From the NCBI GenBank assembly GCA_951406725.2, contig OX597815.1, forward strand, positions 32,426,001 to 32,490,000: DNA of 64,000 nucleotides, given 5' to 3'. The position numbers were made by a program, and so were the translations under genes. This document shows positions 1 through 10,143 of this stretch, piece after piece. How positions within the stretch are numbered: the stretch's first letter is position 1; each line of letters begins with the position of its first letter. The notes under the pieces were generated by a model that was not told where the DNA came from, ran no database searches, and saw nothing but the letters and a program-made list of their open reading frames with translations. Source of the DNA: Octopus vulgaris (taxonomy: Eukaryota).

Positions 1-1330
1 GAACTTTGACCAAGCTATTCTTACTCTAGCAGTTACACTTTCAGCACACCCGGCCCCGCTACTGACTTGGTCACCTAGTTAACGGAAGCTATCAACTATT
101 TCTAGTTTTTCTCCCTGGAATGTGGCAGAAGTTGGTCTCAGAGCATTTTCAGTGTTTATTGCTCCTGAGCATCTGCCACATACAAAAACTATCTTCCTAG
201 TTAGCCTTCCTTTGACATTGCTGCACCTCTTATGTGTCCATAGCTTACACTTGGTGCATCTTATAGAGTTTCTACCTACACCTTTTCTACAGATCGAGCA
301 GGGCCATCTACCTGAAGGCGTTTGTGATTTGTCTACCTTCCTACTTATTACGACTTTGGTTTTAGCTAGATTGACTCTAAGGCCCTTCGATACTAATCCT
401 TGCTTCCACACCTGAAACTTCTCCTCCAGTTCTGATTGTGACTCAGCAATTAGAGCAAGGTCATCAGCATAGAGGAGCTCCCAGAGGCATCCTGTCTTGA
501 ATTCCTCCGTTATTGCCTGGAGGACTATGATAAATAGGAGGGGGCTGAGGACTGGGCCTTGGTGGACCCCTACCTCTACCCAGAATTCTTCACTGTACTC
601 GTTGCCAACCCTCACCTTACTAGCGGCGTCCCTGTACATGGCTTGTACAGCTCTCACTAACCATTCATCTATCCCTAGTTTCCTCATTGACCACCAGATA
701 AGGGATCGGGGGATCCTGTCGAAGGCTTTCTCCATGTCAACAAAAGCCAGGTACAGGGGCTTATCTTTGGCTTGGTATTTCTCCTGCAGCTGCCTTACCA
801 GAAATATAGCATCAGTGGTACTTTTCCCTGGCACGAACCCAAACTGCATATCATTTAAACTAACTCTCTCTCTAATTAGTTGGGCTATGACCCTCTCCGT
901 AACCTTCATTACCTGATCCAACAGCTTATTACTTCTGTAATTATTTGTATCTAGGGCGTCACCTTTACCTTTGTAGCAGTTGACTATTATGCTGCTACAC
1001 CAGTCATTGGGTATGACTCTTTCGTGTATCACCTGATTAACTATACGGGTGACAAGGCTATAGCCGACACTACCAGATATTTTGAGCATCTCTGCAGTGA
1101 TTCCTGATGGGCCTGTCTTCATGCTTCTAATTGCCTTAACTACCAAGGAACTGTCAACTCGGATAGCTGGTCCCTCTATTGGGTCGACATTTGGCAGACT
1201 CTCTTTATCCCATTCATTTTCTTCACTCAGCAACCTTTCATAGTGGCGTCTCCAAACCTCTCTCTTTGCATCCTCATTTAGAGCAAGTGAACCATCATCC
1301 ATGTGAACACATTTCTCTCCTACCACATCA
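1..1330 (-). mobile_element. RTE-clade non-LTR retrotransposon, reverse transcriptase region (decayed, runs off the window start)
   Basis: ORF 79-1326 has RT motifs QFGFVPGKSTTDAIF, FVDMEKAFDR, GVHQG..LSPLLF and LYADD (460-471). A premature TAA at 79-81 is followed by LGDQVSSGAGCAESVTARVRIAWSKF, the RTE thumb region. A C4HC3 finger lies at about 168-306. Confidence 0.93.
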
Positions 1331-1499
1331 TGATTCTAACCACAGACAACATTCTGCTCTTCATATAAAATATGAAATTTGTATAATTTATCGAATGGTA
1401 GTTTTTTAAAAATATGAAGTAATATGCAAATTTACTGTTTGTTTGAAATATAAATTAAAATTACTGCTTTTAATTTTGGCTAATTCTACTAAGCAACAT

Positions 1500-3182
1500 A
1501 CTATGCATCTGTTTGGAATATTTCAGATCCTAACCTGTCATGGAAAATTGGCGGCGGGGATTATGTAGTTTTTGAATGCACTGAAAAGCTGTCAGTGGAT
1601 ATACTCTCTTTTGCAGCAGTCAGCTACTTTTGGCTCAAGTATTTCTAAGAGGGAAAACACTTCAGCTTCATCGAGAAGAAAGCACAGTTTTGTTTGAGAG
1701 CATAATTCTATTAAAAAATTGTTGCAGTCAGTTTTGAACTTAGATGAGTCACCAACGATGGGGTTTTGTTCTTGATATCTCATTGCGCGTCCACTGAGGT
1801 AATTATCACTCATATCTTTCTGATTTGTTGTGTTATTAATATCAATATCTGATAATTTAGATACAGCTAAAGCATCGTCTTTTATAAAGCAACTAAGGAT
1901 ACTTTTATATTCACTGGATACGAGTGAACAGATGCAGTCGAAAATGTTCCGATTGAAACTCGACATTAAGAGCATTTACTTTCTTTAATATATAATGTAA
2001 GAAGAGCAGCATGTGTTTCGTCTCTCTGTTAATCATTGTTTCAGAGTTCCTCTTTGCGCCGGCCATTTTTTCTGCTTTTGTCTCTGACTGAAAATAAAGT
2101 ACAAGGGCATCCCACTGTTCTATCATAACGTTAATTACATTTTTAGGCACCAACCATCTATTTGCGAAAGCTTTGGAATCTTGTTTTCTTTTGTGCCAAC
2201 AACACTTTGTATCATATTGAAGTCATTTTGACGTTTGGTACTTCGAGAGAAGCAAGAAGTTAAGTCCTTTAAAAAGGAATCGAGATACAAAAGTAACACC
2301 TTCACTGCATGACTTGAACAAAGTGCAAACGAATGGCAAACACAGCCTATTGTAAATACAATCGGAATATCATTTCCCAATAACTTATGAAACCCGCTCT
2401 TGTTACCCATCATTGTTGAGGAATTATCGCTGGCAAATCCAAGTATGTTGCTCATAGATACATTTTCTTTTGTAAGCGTAGACTTGACAGCATCGTACAA
2501 ACCCTGATAAGAACCATTTTCTACTACTATTGCATCCAGAAGAGCATCCTTGACACTATGTAATTGTTCATCAAAGAAGCGAACAACTATTGCTAAGATT
2601 TGTGTCACTGAGATGGCCGTACTCTCATCTATCAATAATGAAAACTTTTGTTTCTTGAGAATTTCCAAGATTTCATTTCTTTCATAATGTGCAATTCTGT
2701 CTTGCATAATACTTTTGCTTCTTTTTTCATTTGTAGATTTTTAACTATTTCTCTAACAGGAAAGGGCTTTTTACAAATTTCAGCTAAGTGATTTATATGG
2801 ATGAAAGGTACGTGATGTTCTGCAACATAACCTGTTAGGAGCAAGTCTGCCTTAGTTACTTTTTCATTTAATGTATAATCTTTTTTTTTTAATAAATGTT
2901 TCTAAAATAATAGCAGATTTCGCACAATCAAAAACTTTCTTGTGTTTGGCAGTGTTTTTTATGAGCTAACAGCATTGATTTGTTAGCATTTTTCAACACA
3001 ACGGTGCAACAAACACAGTGGCAGGTGTCAGGATCTTTATCATCTTGCCGTAACCAATGTTTAAGCTCAACATCTTTCAACCACGACTTCTTGAAATTTT
3101 GGGCGTACGACTTTCTCTTTTTCGACACACTATTGTCTGCCATTACATCGCAAAGGGTTACAAAACAAAAACGCTCGCTCAA
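1500..3182 (-). mobile_element. hAT-superfamily transposase pseudogene (frameshifted)
   Basis: Overlapping minus ORFs give an N-terminal zinc-finger-like segment (WL..CHCVCC..LLAHKKH), FSLLIDEST (first catalytic D), FASDNSSTMMG (second D), CVCHSFALC (CxxH) and a later LNVEFQSE segment. TIRs were not found. Confidence 0.85.
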
Positions 3183-3925
3183 AATGTTATTTTTTTAAAT
3201 CGCGAGTAACAATCGAAGCGTACACCATCAACACAGTCAAGCTATCAACTGTACAAGCGGCCACTAACTCGTTGTAACTTGTAGTTGCTCAGTATGATAC
3301 AAGCATAAACAAATAATGAACGTGTACGATCGATAATTACGTCACATACAATATTTGTATCGATAAATTCAATACATGAGATGATTATGGATGATAAATA
3401 GAAAGTTTACAAAATATTAGAAGTGCAACTTTCGTACATATTGCATACAAAGAGTATGACTCAAAATTCTCTTTAAAAGATAAGTTTGCAGCCAAAACTA
3501 ACTTTAAAACTCAGATTTAATGTAAATTTGGAAATTAAAACCCATAAACCCATCATTGCTCAAAAAAACAAAAAACAGAAGGTGTGGTTGCTAGGGGCCA
3601 TCTTCCTCACTCACGCTATTTCCTCCATTACCCTCTCACTCCCCTTCATTATAACTTTGACAATGCCACTCCCGATATTTCATGTAAAGTTCGTCAGACG
3701 GTGTTCTTTGATGTATCTGTCTGCATTCATAGGGAGAATTATCATCGCCAAAACTTATGTATATGTCTTCCTCACTCACTCACTCTTTTTCCTAATGATA
3801 ATTATCATCGCCACCACCACCACCAACACACAATACTCACTCTATTTCATACAAACGGCCTTCTTTTATGTATCTGTCAGTGTGAAAGAGAGAGATAACT
3901 GAAATTTTTAACTCGGTTTTTGTAG

Positions 3926-4210
3926 TGCGTGCGTGTGTATGCATGTATGTGTATATATATGTATGCATGTATGTGTGTGTGTGTATGTATCTATGTATGT
4001 GTGTGTGTGTATGTATGTGTATGTATGCGTGTGTGTATGTGTGTATGTATGTGTGAGTGTGTATGTATGTACCTTTACCTGTTTATGTAACGGTCTGCTA
4101 TGTAGAAAATAATGAGGTTGGCTCAATGGAAATACATACATACACACACACATACATACACACACATACACACACATACATACACATACATACACACACA
4201 TACATACATA
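3926..4210. repeat. Compound (TG/TA) and (CA/TA) microsatellites
   Basis: Read directly from the sequence. Similar arrays lie at 5361-5550, 6853-6968, 14945-15112, 19480-19630, 25220-25405 and 25640-25820. Confidence 0.95.
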
Positions 4211-4974
4211 GATGCAGACCTATGTTAAAAGTGCTGGCAAGTTTGCATGACAACTATTTTTTTTCCTCAAATGAAAGGCGTCACCTCTAGGACAAAATTC
4301 CTCATCTTATAAAATGTGGCCCCAGTACACCCGAATGAAATCGGGTTATATTAACCAAAATGTGAAAAGGGGTCTAAATGGGGCTTGAAGGGGATTAAAA
4401 TTTAAAGGAGCGGGTGTTTAGGAATTCTCTGTTACATCAAGCTAAAAAATTTGCACCAGCCTTTTAATCGTCAATGTGTTGCCGTCCACGGTGAAGAAGT
4501 TTTGAATGCTTGCCATGGTGAGTCTACTGTCGTGAAAAAGAATCACTTCAAAACTTGGTGTTTAGGGATTTTCTTTTACATCAAGTTCAAAATTTTACGC
4601 CAGCCGTTAAACTGTCAAAACGTTGCTGTCCGTCGTTAAGAAATGCCAGCCATGCTGACTCTACTACCCTCAGATTCTATCCCTTCAAACTTTGGTCTCC
4701 AATATTTTATTATTTTTATTCAGCTCGCAAGTTCGTCTGTCCCTTTTAAATGTTAGTGTTTTGCTGTCTGCCTTGAAGCAGACCTTTCCGTTGTTACTGC
4801 CTGATATCTATGATTGATCTTTCTAAATATTTTATTTCTCAACTTACTCAAGATCTTTTGTTGTTTATAAATGGGAGAGAGATAGATAAAGATAGAGAGT
4901 AAGAGAAAGCGAGGGAGAGTCCGAGAGAGTGGGGAAAGTGAGAGAGAAAGGAGAGAGAAACAAAGAGGGAGAAT

Positions 4975-5295
4975 CATCATCATCATCATCATCATCATCG
5001 TTTAACGTCCGTTTTCCGTGCTAGCACGGGTTGGACAGTTTGACCGGGGTCTGGGAAGCCAGGAGGCTGCACCAGGCTCCAGTCTGATCTGGCAGTGTTT
5101 CTACAGGTGGATGCCCTTCCTAACGCCAACCACTCTGTGAGCGTAGTGGGTGCTTTTTTCGTGCCGCCGGCACAGGTGCCAGGGGGGCTGGCAACGGCCA
5201 CGATCGGTTGGTGCTTTTTACGTGCCACCAGCACAGAAGCCAGTCAAGGCGGCGCTGCAATCCGCCACGTTCGGATGGTGCTTTTTACGTGCTGA
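4975..5295 (-). mobile_element. (GAT)n-tailed RTE-associated short retroposon (SINE or LINE 3' end)
   Basis: Minus strand reads GTTGGCGTTAGGAAGGGCATCC...GCTAGCACGGAAAACGGACGTTAAACG(ATG)n, with internal GTGCC(A/G)CCGGCAC/AAAAGCACC repeats. About 20 copies of varying decay occur in the window. Confidence 0.85.
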
Positions 5296-5359
5296 AAGGA
5301 AGCAACAGAAAGTAACAACCACACTCTTACCCGCGCGTAGAGCGGGTCACCTTCAGCTA

Positions 5360-5421
<62 letters not shown>

Positions 5422-5459
5422 ATATGTATGTATATGTATATATGTATATATATATGTAC

Positions 5460-5540
<81 letters not shown>

Positions 5541-5794
5541 TGTGTGTATACTTACTTGGAAAAGGATGCGTGGGGTTCGATCATATAATAATATGAATAA
5601 TACATAAATATATGCATATATACATACATATATGTCCATACCTACATATATATTTATGTATACATTCATATATGGGTACAGGACATCAAAAAGACGTTGA
5701 ATACAATGAGAAACGAAAACAAAAACAAAAACATAGAAACGAACTTTTTTCGAACAACGAAAAAAACAAACAGAAAGTACTCAAGAGCGACCTG

Positions 5795-6852
5795 ACATTT
5801 TTGTTAGGGGTAATTTATTTGAGGTTGTCGATTCGTTCATCTACCTTGGAAGTTCTTTACAGAATGATGGAAATCTTGATGCAGAAATAAATCTGCGAAT
5901 TCGAAGGGCAGCAAAGGCATTTGGCAGCTTGGAGTCACACGTTTGGTGCCAACGACATAGAAATAAGAATACAAGCTGGCTCTTTACAAATCATTTGTCT
6001 TACCATCCCTGTTGTATTCTTGTGAAACATGGACTTGTTATGAAAGGCATTTTAAATTGTTAGAACAATTCCACCAAAAATGGCTTCATCGCATTTAAAA
6101 CATCTAATGGAGTTCTTTTACTCCAAACACAGATATCCTTGCATCTGCAGGCATCACCCCAATTAAAGCTATGATTTTGAGGAACCAAACGAGATGGTGT
6201 GGCCAGAATGTTCGAATGGCGGATGAACACATACCGAAACAACTGTTTTATGGTGAGCTTGCAGAGGGAAAACACTATCATTGTAAACCTAAAGAAAAGT
6301 TTAATGACAGCATAAAGACTATTATGAAGTCACTTGGAATGGATCCAGAAGACATAGAAACTTTTGCTTCGGATCGAGTTGGATGGCGGACAAAAGTGTG
6401 GAGCGGAGTGAAAGCATTTGAAGAGGCCAGGATAACGCATGTAAGACTCAAAAGAGATCTAAAGAAAAATGTTCCGATCGTGAAAGTGAATGACAATGAC
6501 ATTTTTGTGTGCACAGTCTGTCACAGTCTGTCTTTTGCTGGGCTCAAATCTCATTTGCGAACCCATGGAAAACGACCCTCCATCAACTATTCTGCCTTTA
6601 TGTCTGTGCATACTTTGAATGCAGTGTGTGCCAGAAGGTTTGCAAATCTAACGGAAGCTTCAAAAGACATTTTAAAATCTGCAAAGATCAGAACTTATCT
6701 GCAGCTCTTGGTGGTCCAAATCGGATGTGCAATCTATGTGGGTGTCTTTTCGGAACATTATCTGGTTTAAAAAGCCACATCAGATGCCATGATGGTGCTA
6801 AGGTGTAGATACAGGAGGTGGTCAAACTTGCATAAGGAGTAGACAACCACCA
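5795..6852 (+). mobile_element. RTE/BovB-like LINE 3' fragment with three C-terminal C2H2 zinc fingers
   Basis: Translates to VLPSLLYSCETWT, RWCGQNVRMADEHIPKQLFYGEL and DRVGWR. These are followed by FVCTVCH..LKSHLRTH, FECSVCQKVC..FKRH and CNLCG..LKSHIRCH. Frameshifts are present. Confidence 0.85.
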
Positions 6853-6872
6853 TATGTATGTATGTATGTATG

Positions 6873-6970
<98 letters not shown>

Positions 6971-6984
6971 ATTTACAAAAAGTA

Positions 6985-7797
6985 GTGAGAATTTACAAAA
7001 ACAAAAAAACCAAGGCGTGTGTGTAAACAACGAATAGATGTATTAGTTTAACGCTCAGGAAGTGATAAAGTCTTTTACGTTTCGAGCCTACGCTCTTCGA
7101 CAGAAAGGAACATGAGGAAATAAACGGAGATAAAATAGAAAAGGTTTAGTGGCTAGCGATCTGTCATGGCGAATGCCGGACAGAGGGATCACACAAGAGA
7201 GCTAGGAAGAAGGCGAGATAATAAAATAGTGGTGATCCCAAAATGAAGGTGCGTGTGTATGTGAGAACGTGTATGTGCGTGTGGAAGGGGGCTAGTGACC
7301 TTGACGTGTGTGCATGTGTGGATATGTAGATGATGGTGTAGGTACTGGGAAGTGGTCAGTGTTACTGTGGGTGCTGGGAAGTGGTCAGTGCTAGTGTGTG
7401 CGGGGTGGCGTAATGTGGTGTAGTATGGTGATGTGCGGTATGGTGGTGTGGTGGTGTTAGTGTGTAGGAGAGGCGAGGGTGGGAGAAGCAAGGGTGGCGT
7501 CTAAGGTGGGGGTGGGATGGGATGTATAGGGATGGTGTGGTTGGAATGTGTAGGGGTGGGGTAACGAGGGGGGAGGTAACGATGATGGGAGAAGGTGGGT
7601 GGGAGTGAAGGGAGGAAGTAGGTGTCAGAGCAAGAGAGGAGAGGTGGGTGTGAGAGGAAGAGAGGAGAGAGGAGGAGGGCTAGATGAAGAGGAGAGGAGA
7701 GTTGAGTGCATGTGGCGCAAAGGAGTGAAGAGAGAAGACTAATCCCTACTCACGTGAAGACGTGAGTCCGGATAGCCCCTGTGCAAAGACAATCCGA
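6985..7797 (-). mobile_element. Penelope-like element 3' end / pseudo-LTR, inverted copy of 8305-9125
   Basis: The reverse complement aligns to the GIY-YIG C-terminus and 3' UTR of the adjacent element, e.g. TTGCACAGGGG..ATCC, CTCAACTCTCCTC and CCTTCTTCCTAGCTCTC. Confidence 0.85.
7072..7107 (-). ncRNA. Minimal type I hammerhead-ribozyme-like motif (A6-to-U variant)
   Basis: CTTT-CTGTCGA-A-GAGC(GTAG)GCTC-GAAA-CG-TA-AAAG gives stem I CTTT/AAAG, stem II GAGC/GCTC and a palindromic ACGT stem III. Paralogs lie at 9002-9037 and 45022-45057. Confidence 0.65.
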
Positions 7798-7799
7798 AC

Positions 7800-9125
7800 T
7801 CAGACGCCCCGCTGTCTCCCACCTCCCGTTTCCCCTCACCTACCACCTCACCACCCTACCTTTCCAACGCACCATTCTCCGAGCTTTCTGGCGACTCCAG
7901 TCCGACCCCTCCACTTCGCACATCTTCCCTAACCGACCCCTCCCTTCCTTCAAACGAACCCACAACCTACGAGACCTCTTAGGCCACAGCTTCTTCCTTA
8001 ACCCAACTTCCCAACCCAGCTCGTTCCTCTGCTCCCGCCCACGCAGCCGTACTTGCCCTTACCTCACCACCCTCCTCACCGGCACCCATCATCGACCCTA
8101 TCACATCACTCACTCCTTCACTTGCACTTCTACCAATGTCATCTACTGCATCTCCTGCTCTCTCTGCCCTTCTCTATACATCGGGCAACGGGACGCCGCT
8201 TGGCTGACCGGTTCGCAGAACACCTCCGAGACGTCCGACTCGGCAATGACACCCCGGTCTCGCGCCATTTCTGCTCTACTGGTCACTCTTTGCAACACTT
8301 GTCCGTGTTTGGATTAAGCTTGCACAGGGGCCATCCTGACTTCCGTTTGCGCTGTGAACAGAGATTAATCTTCTCTCTTCGCTCTTTTGCGCCACATGGG
8401 CTCAACTCTCCTCCTCTCTTCATCTAACCTCCTACTCTCGCCTCTCTCCCCCTCACACCTACTTCATCCCACCCACCTCTCCTCTTTTGCTCCGACTCCT
8501 ACTTCTCTTCACTCCTACCCACCTTCTCCTTCCACTTCATCGTCACACCCTCCCTCGTAACCCCGCCCCACCCCTACACAATCCAACCCCACCTTCCCTA
8601 TCCTGCCCATCCCACCCCACCCACTCCCCACTCCCACATACACCACCTCTACCCAACTCTCTGCCTACCCACATACTCCACCTCTACTCCACCCTCAGCC
8701 TAACCCACATCCCACCCTTACTTTCTCCACTCTCACCTCTCCACCTCCCTATACCATCTACACCATACCACACAACACATCACATCACACCACCTCGTAC
8801 ACACTAGCACTGACCACTTCCCAGCCGCACATCTTCACACCTACACACACACGCGCGCACCTTTGTTTTCGGATCACGACTACTTTATTATCTCTCCTTC
8901 TTCCTAGCTCTCCTGTGTGGCCCTTCTGTCCGGCATTGGCCATGATAGATCGCTAGACACTACTCATTGTTTATTTTCTCTCCTTCTTTCTTTCTGTGTT
9001 CCTTTCTGTAGAAGAGCGTAGTCTCGAAAAGTTAAAGATGTTTTCACTTCCCGAGCGTTAAACTAATACATTTGTTTGTTGTCTACACCATCTGTCTTCG
9101 TCTTTTGTTTTTTGTGAATTCTCCC
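7800..9125 (+). mobile_element. 5'-truncated Penelope-like element (Neptune-like), GIY-YIG endonuclease plus 3' UTR
   Basis: Translates to PLTYH, CSRPRSRTCP, FTCTSTNVIYCISCSLCPSLYIGQ, then after a 1-nt frameshift near 8189 TGRRLADRFAEH...VSRHF...EQRLIFSL..HGLN, with stop at 8427. Confidence 0.9.
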
Positions 9126-9128
9126 CCA

Positions 9129-9164
<36 letters not shown>

Positions 9165-9167
<3 letters not shown>

Positions 9168-10143
9168 AAGTAGTTAAATTCAGGTGTTATTCAAATTATT
9201 TTACTTCCGACACATGTTTCGAAGATATCACTGGTATTATTCCAAAGGAATAAAATGGCGTAAAACAATGTAATCTTCTCTTGAAGTAAATGAAGAAATG
9301 AAACTCATCAATAAGACATTTTAACAGAAAATGATGGATATGTATAGTGATTAACTGAACGCTATTGAGTTTGTTTTAAAAAAAAACGTTATAGGATATA
9401 ACGTCAAAGGTAGCCTATAGAAAGAGGAGGGATAAAGTAAAGAAAAACTAAATAAATGAGAAGTATATAACTATATGTATCTCTCTATATATAAACGGCA
9501 GTTTGTCTGTGCGTGTTTCTGTGTGTCTGTTTGCTTGTACTCTCACCCTGACCACGGCTTTCAACCGATTCTGATGAAACTTGACACACACATAGCCCAA
9601 TGTCATAATTCAAAACTAACGCAGCGAAAATTTTGAAAAGTTCCCCCAGTTCTGAAAAAAATCGATAAATTCGACATGGGGTCGAGAATCAGAAACACAA
9701 ACCGCAAACTGTCAAGGGGACGCAACTCCACCTTTTTTTACTCTCATAAAAAATTTACCATCATTTTTTTCCATTTTTTTGCTCTTTTTTGGCTATAACT
9801 CTCTAAAAATGCTTTATAGTTATTTCCCTTACAAACCTGAGCAACGCCGGGCGATACTGCTAGTATTAAATAAAACCATATAGACTTGGAAAAGATATAT
9901 CTAGTGAATTTGAAATGTAAGAAGAAATTTAATGTTTAAATTATATATAATGATAGATATCACCTATATGAACTAAAGGTGTGTTTCTGCCAATGTTTAC
10001 GTCGGTATGCACGCTCTATAACCATGTTTACAAGGGGATTTTTAGAAAAAAGAATAAAAAATAGTTCAGAATTACAGAGAAGACAGAATTCCTTGCCTTT
10101 GTCATAAGGTATCGAGATTGAGAGAATCAACCAATCTAAATTA
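9165..10143 (-). mobile_element. Inverted pseudo-LTR of the Naiad-like Penelope element (interrupted by a Helitron)
   Basis: 10034-10143 is the reverse complement of 12270-12379, and 9305-9479 plus 9864-9950 match 12555-12810. It keeps the C-terminus (CLLCNSE..RRKHWQKHTFSSYR*) and a degenerate hammerhead at 9199-9290. Confidence 0.88.
9480..9863 (+). mobile_element. Non-autonomous Helitron (exact ends)
   Basis: 5' end TCTCTCTATATATAAA; 3' hairpin CCTGAGCAACGCCGGG followed by GATACTGCTAG. It is inserted at A|T with no TSD, and the empty site is visible in the paralogous arm near 12630-12645. Confidence 0.92.

Noticed and set aside
5150-5669. ORFs of [12 protein letters not shown] and SLSL type here and throughout the window
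   Set aside because: They are stop-free readings of dinucleotide microsatellites.
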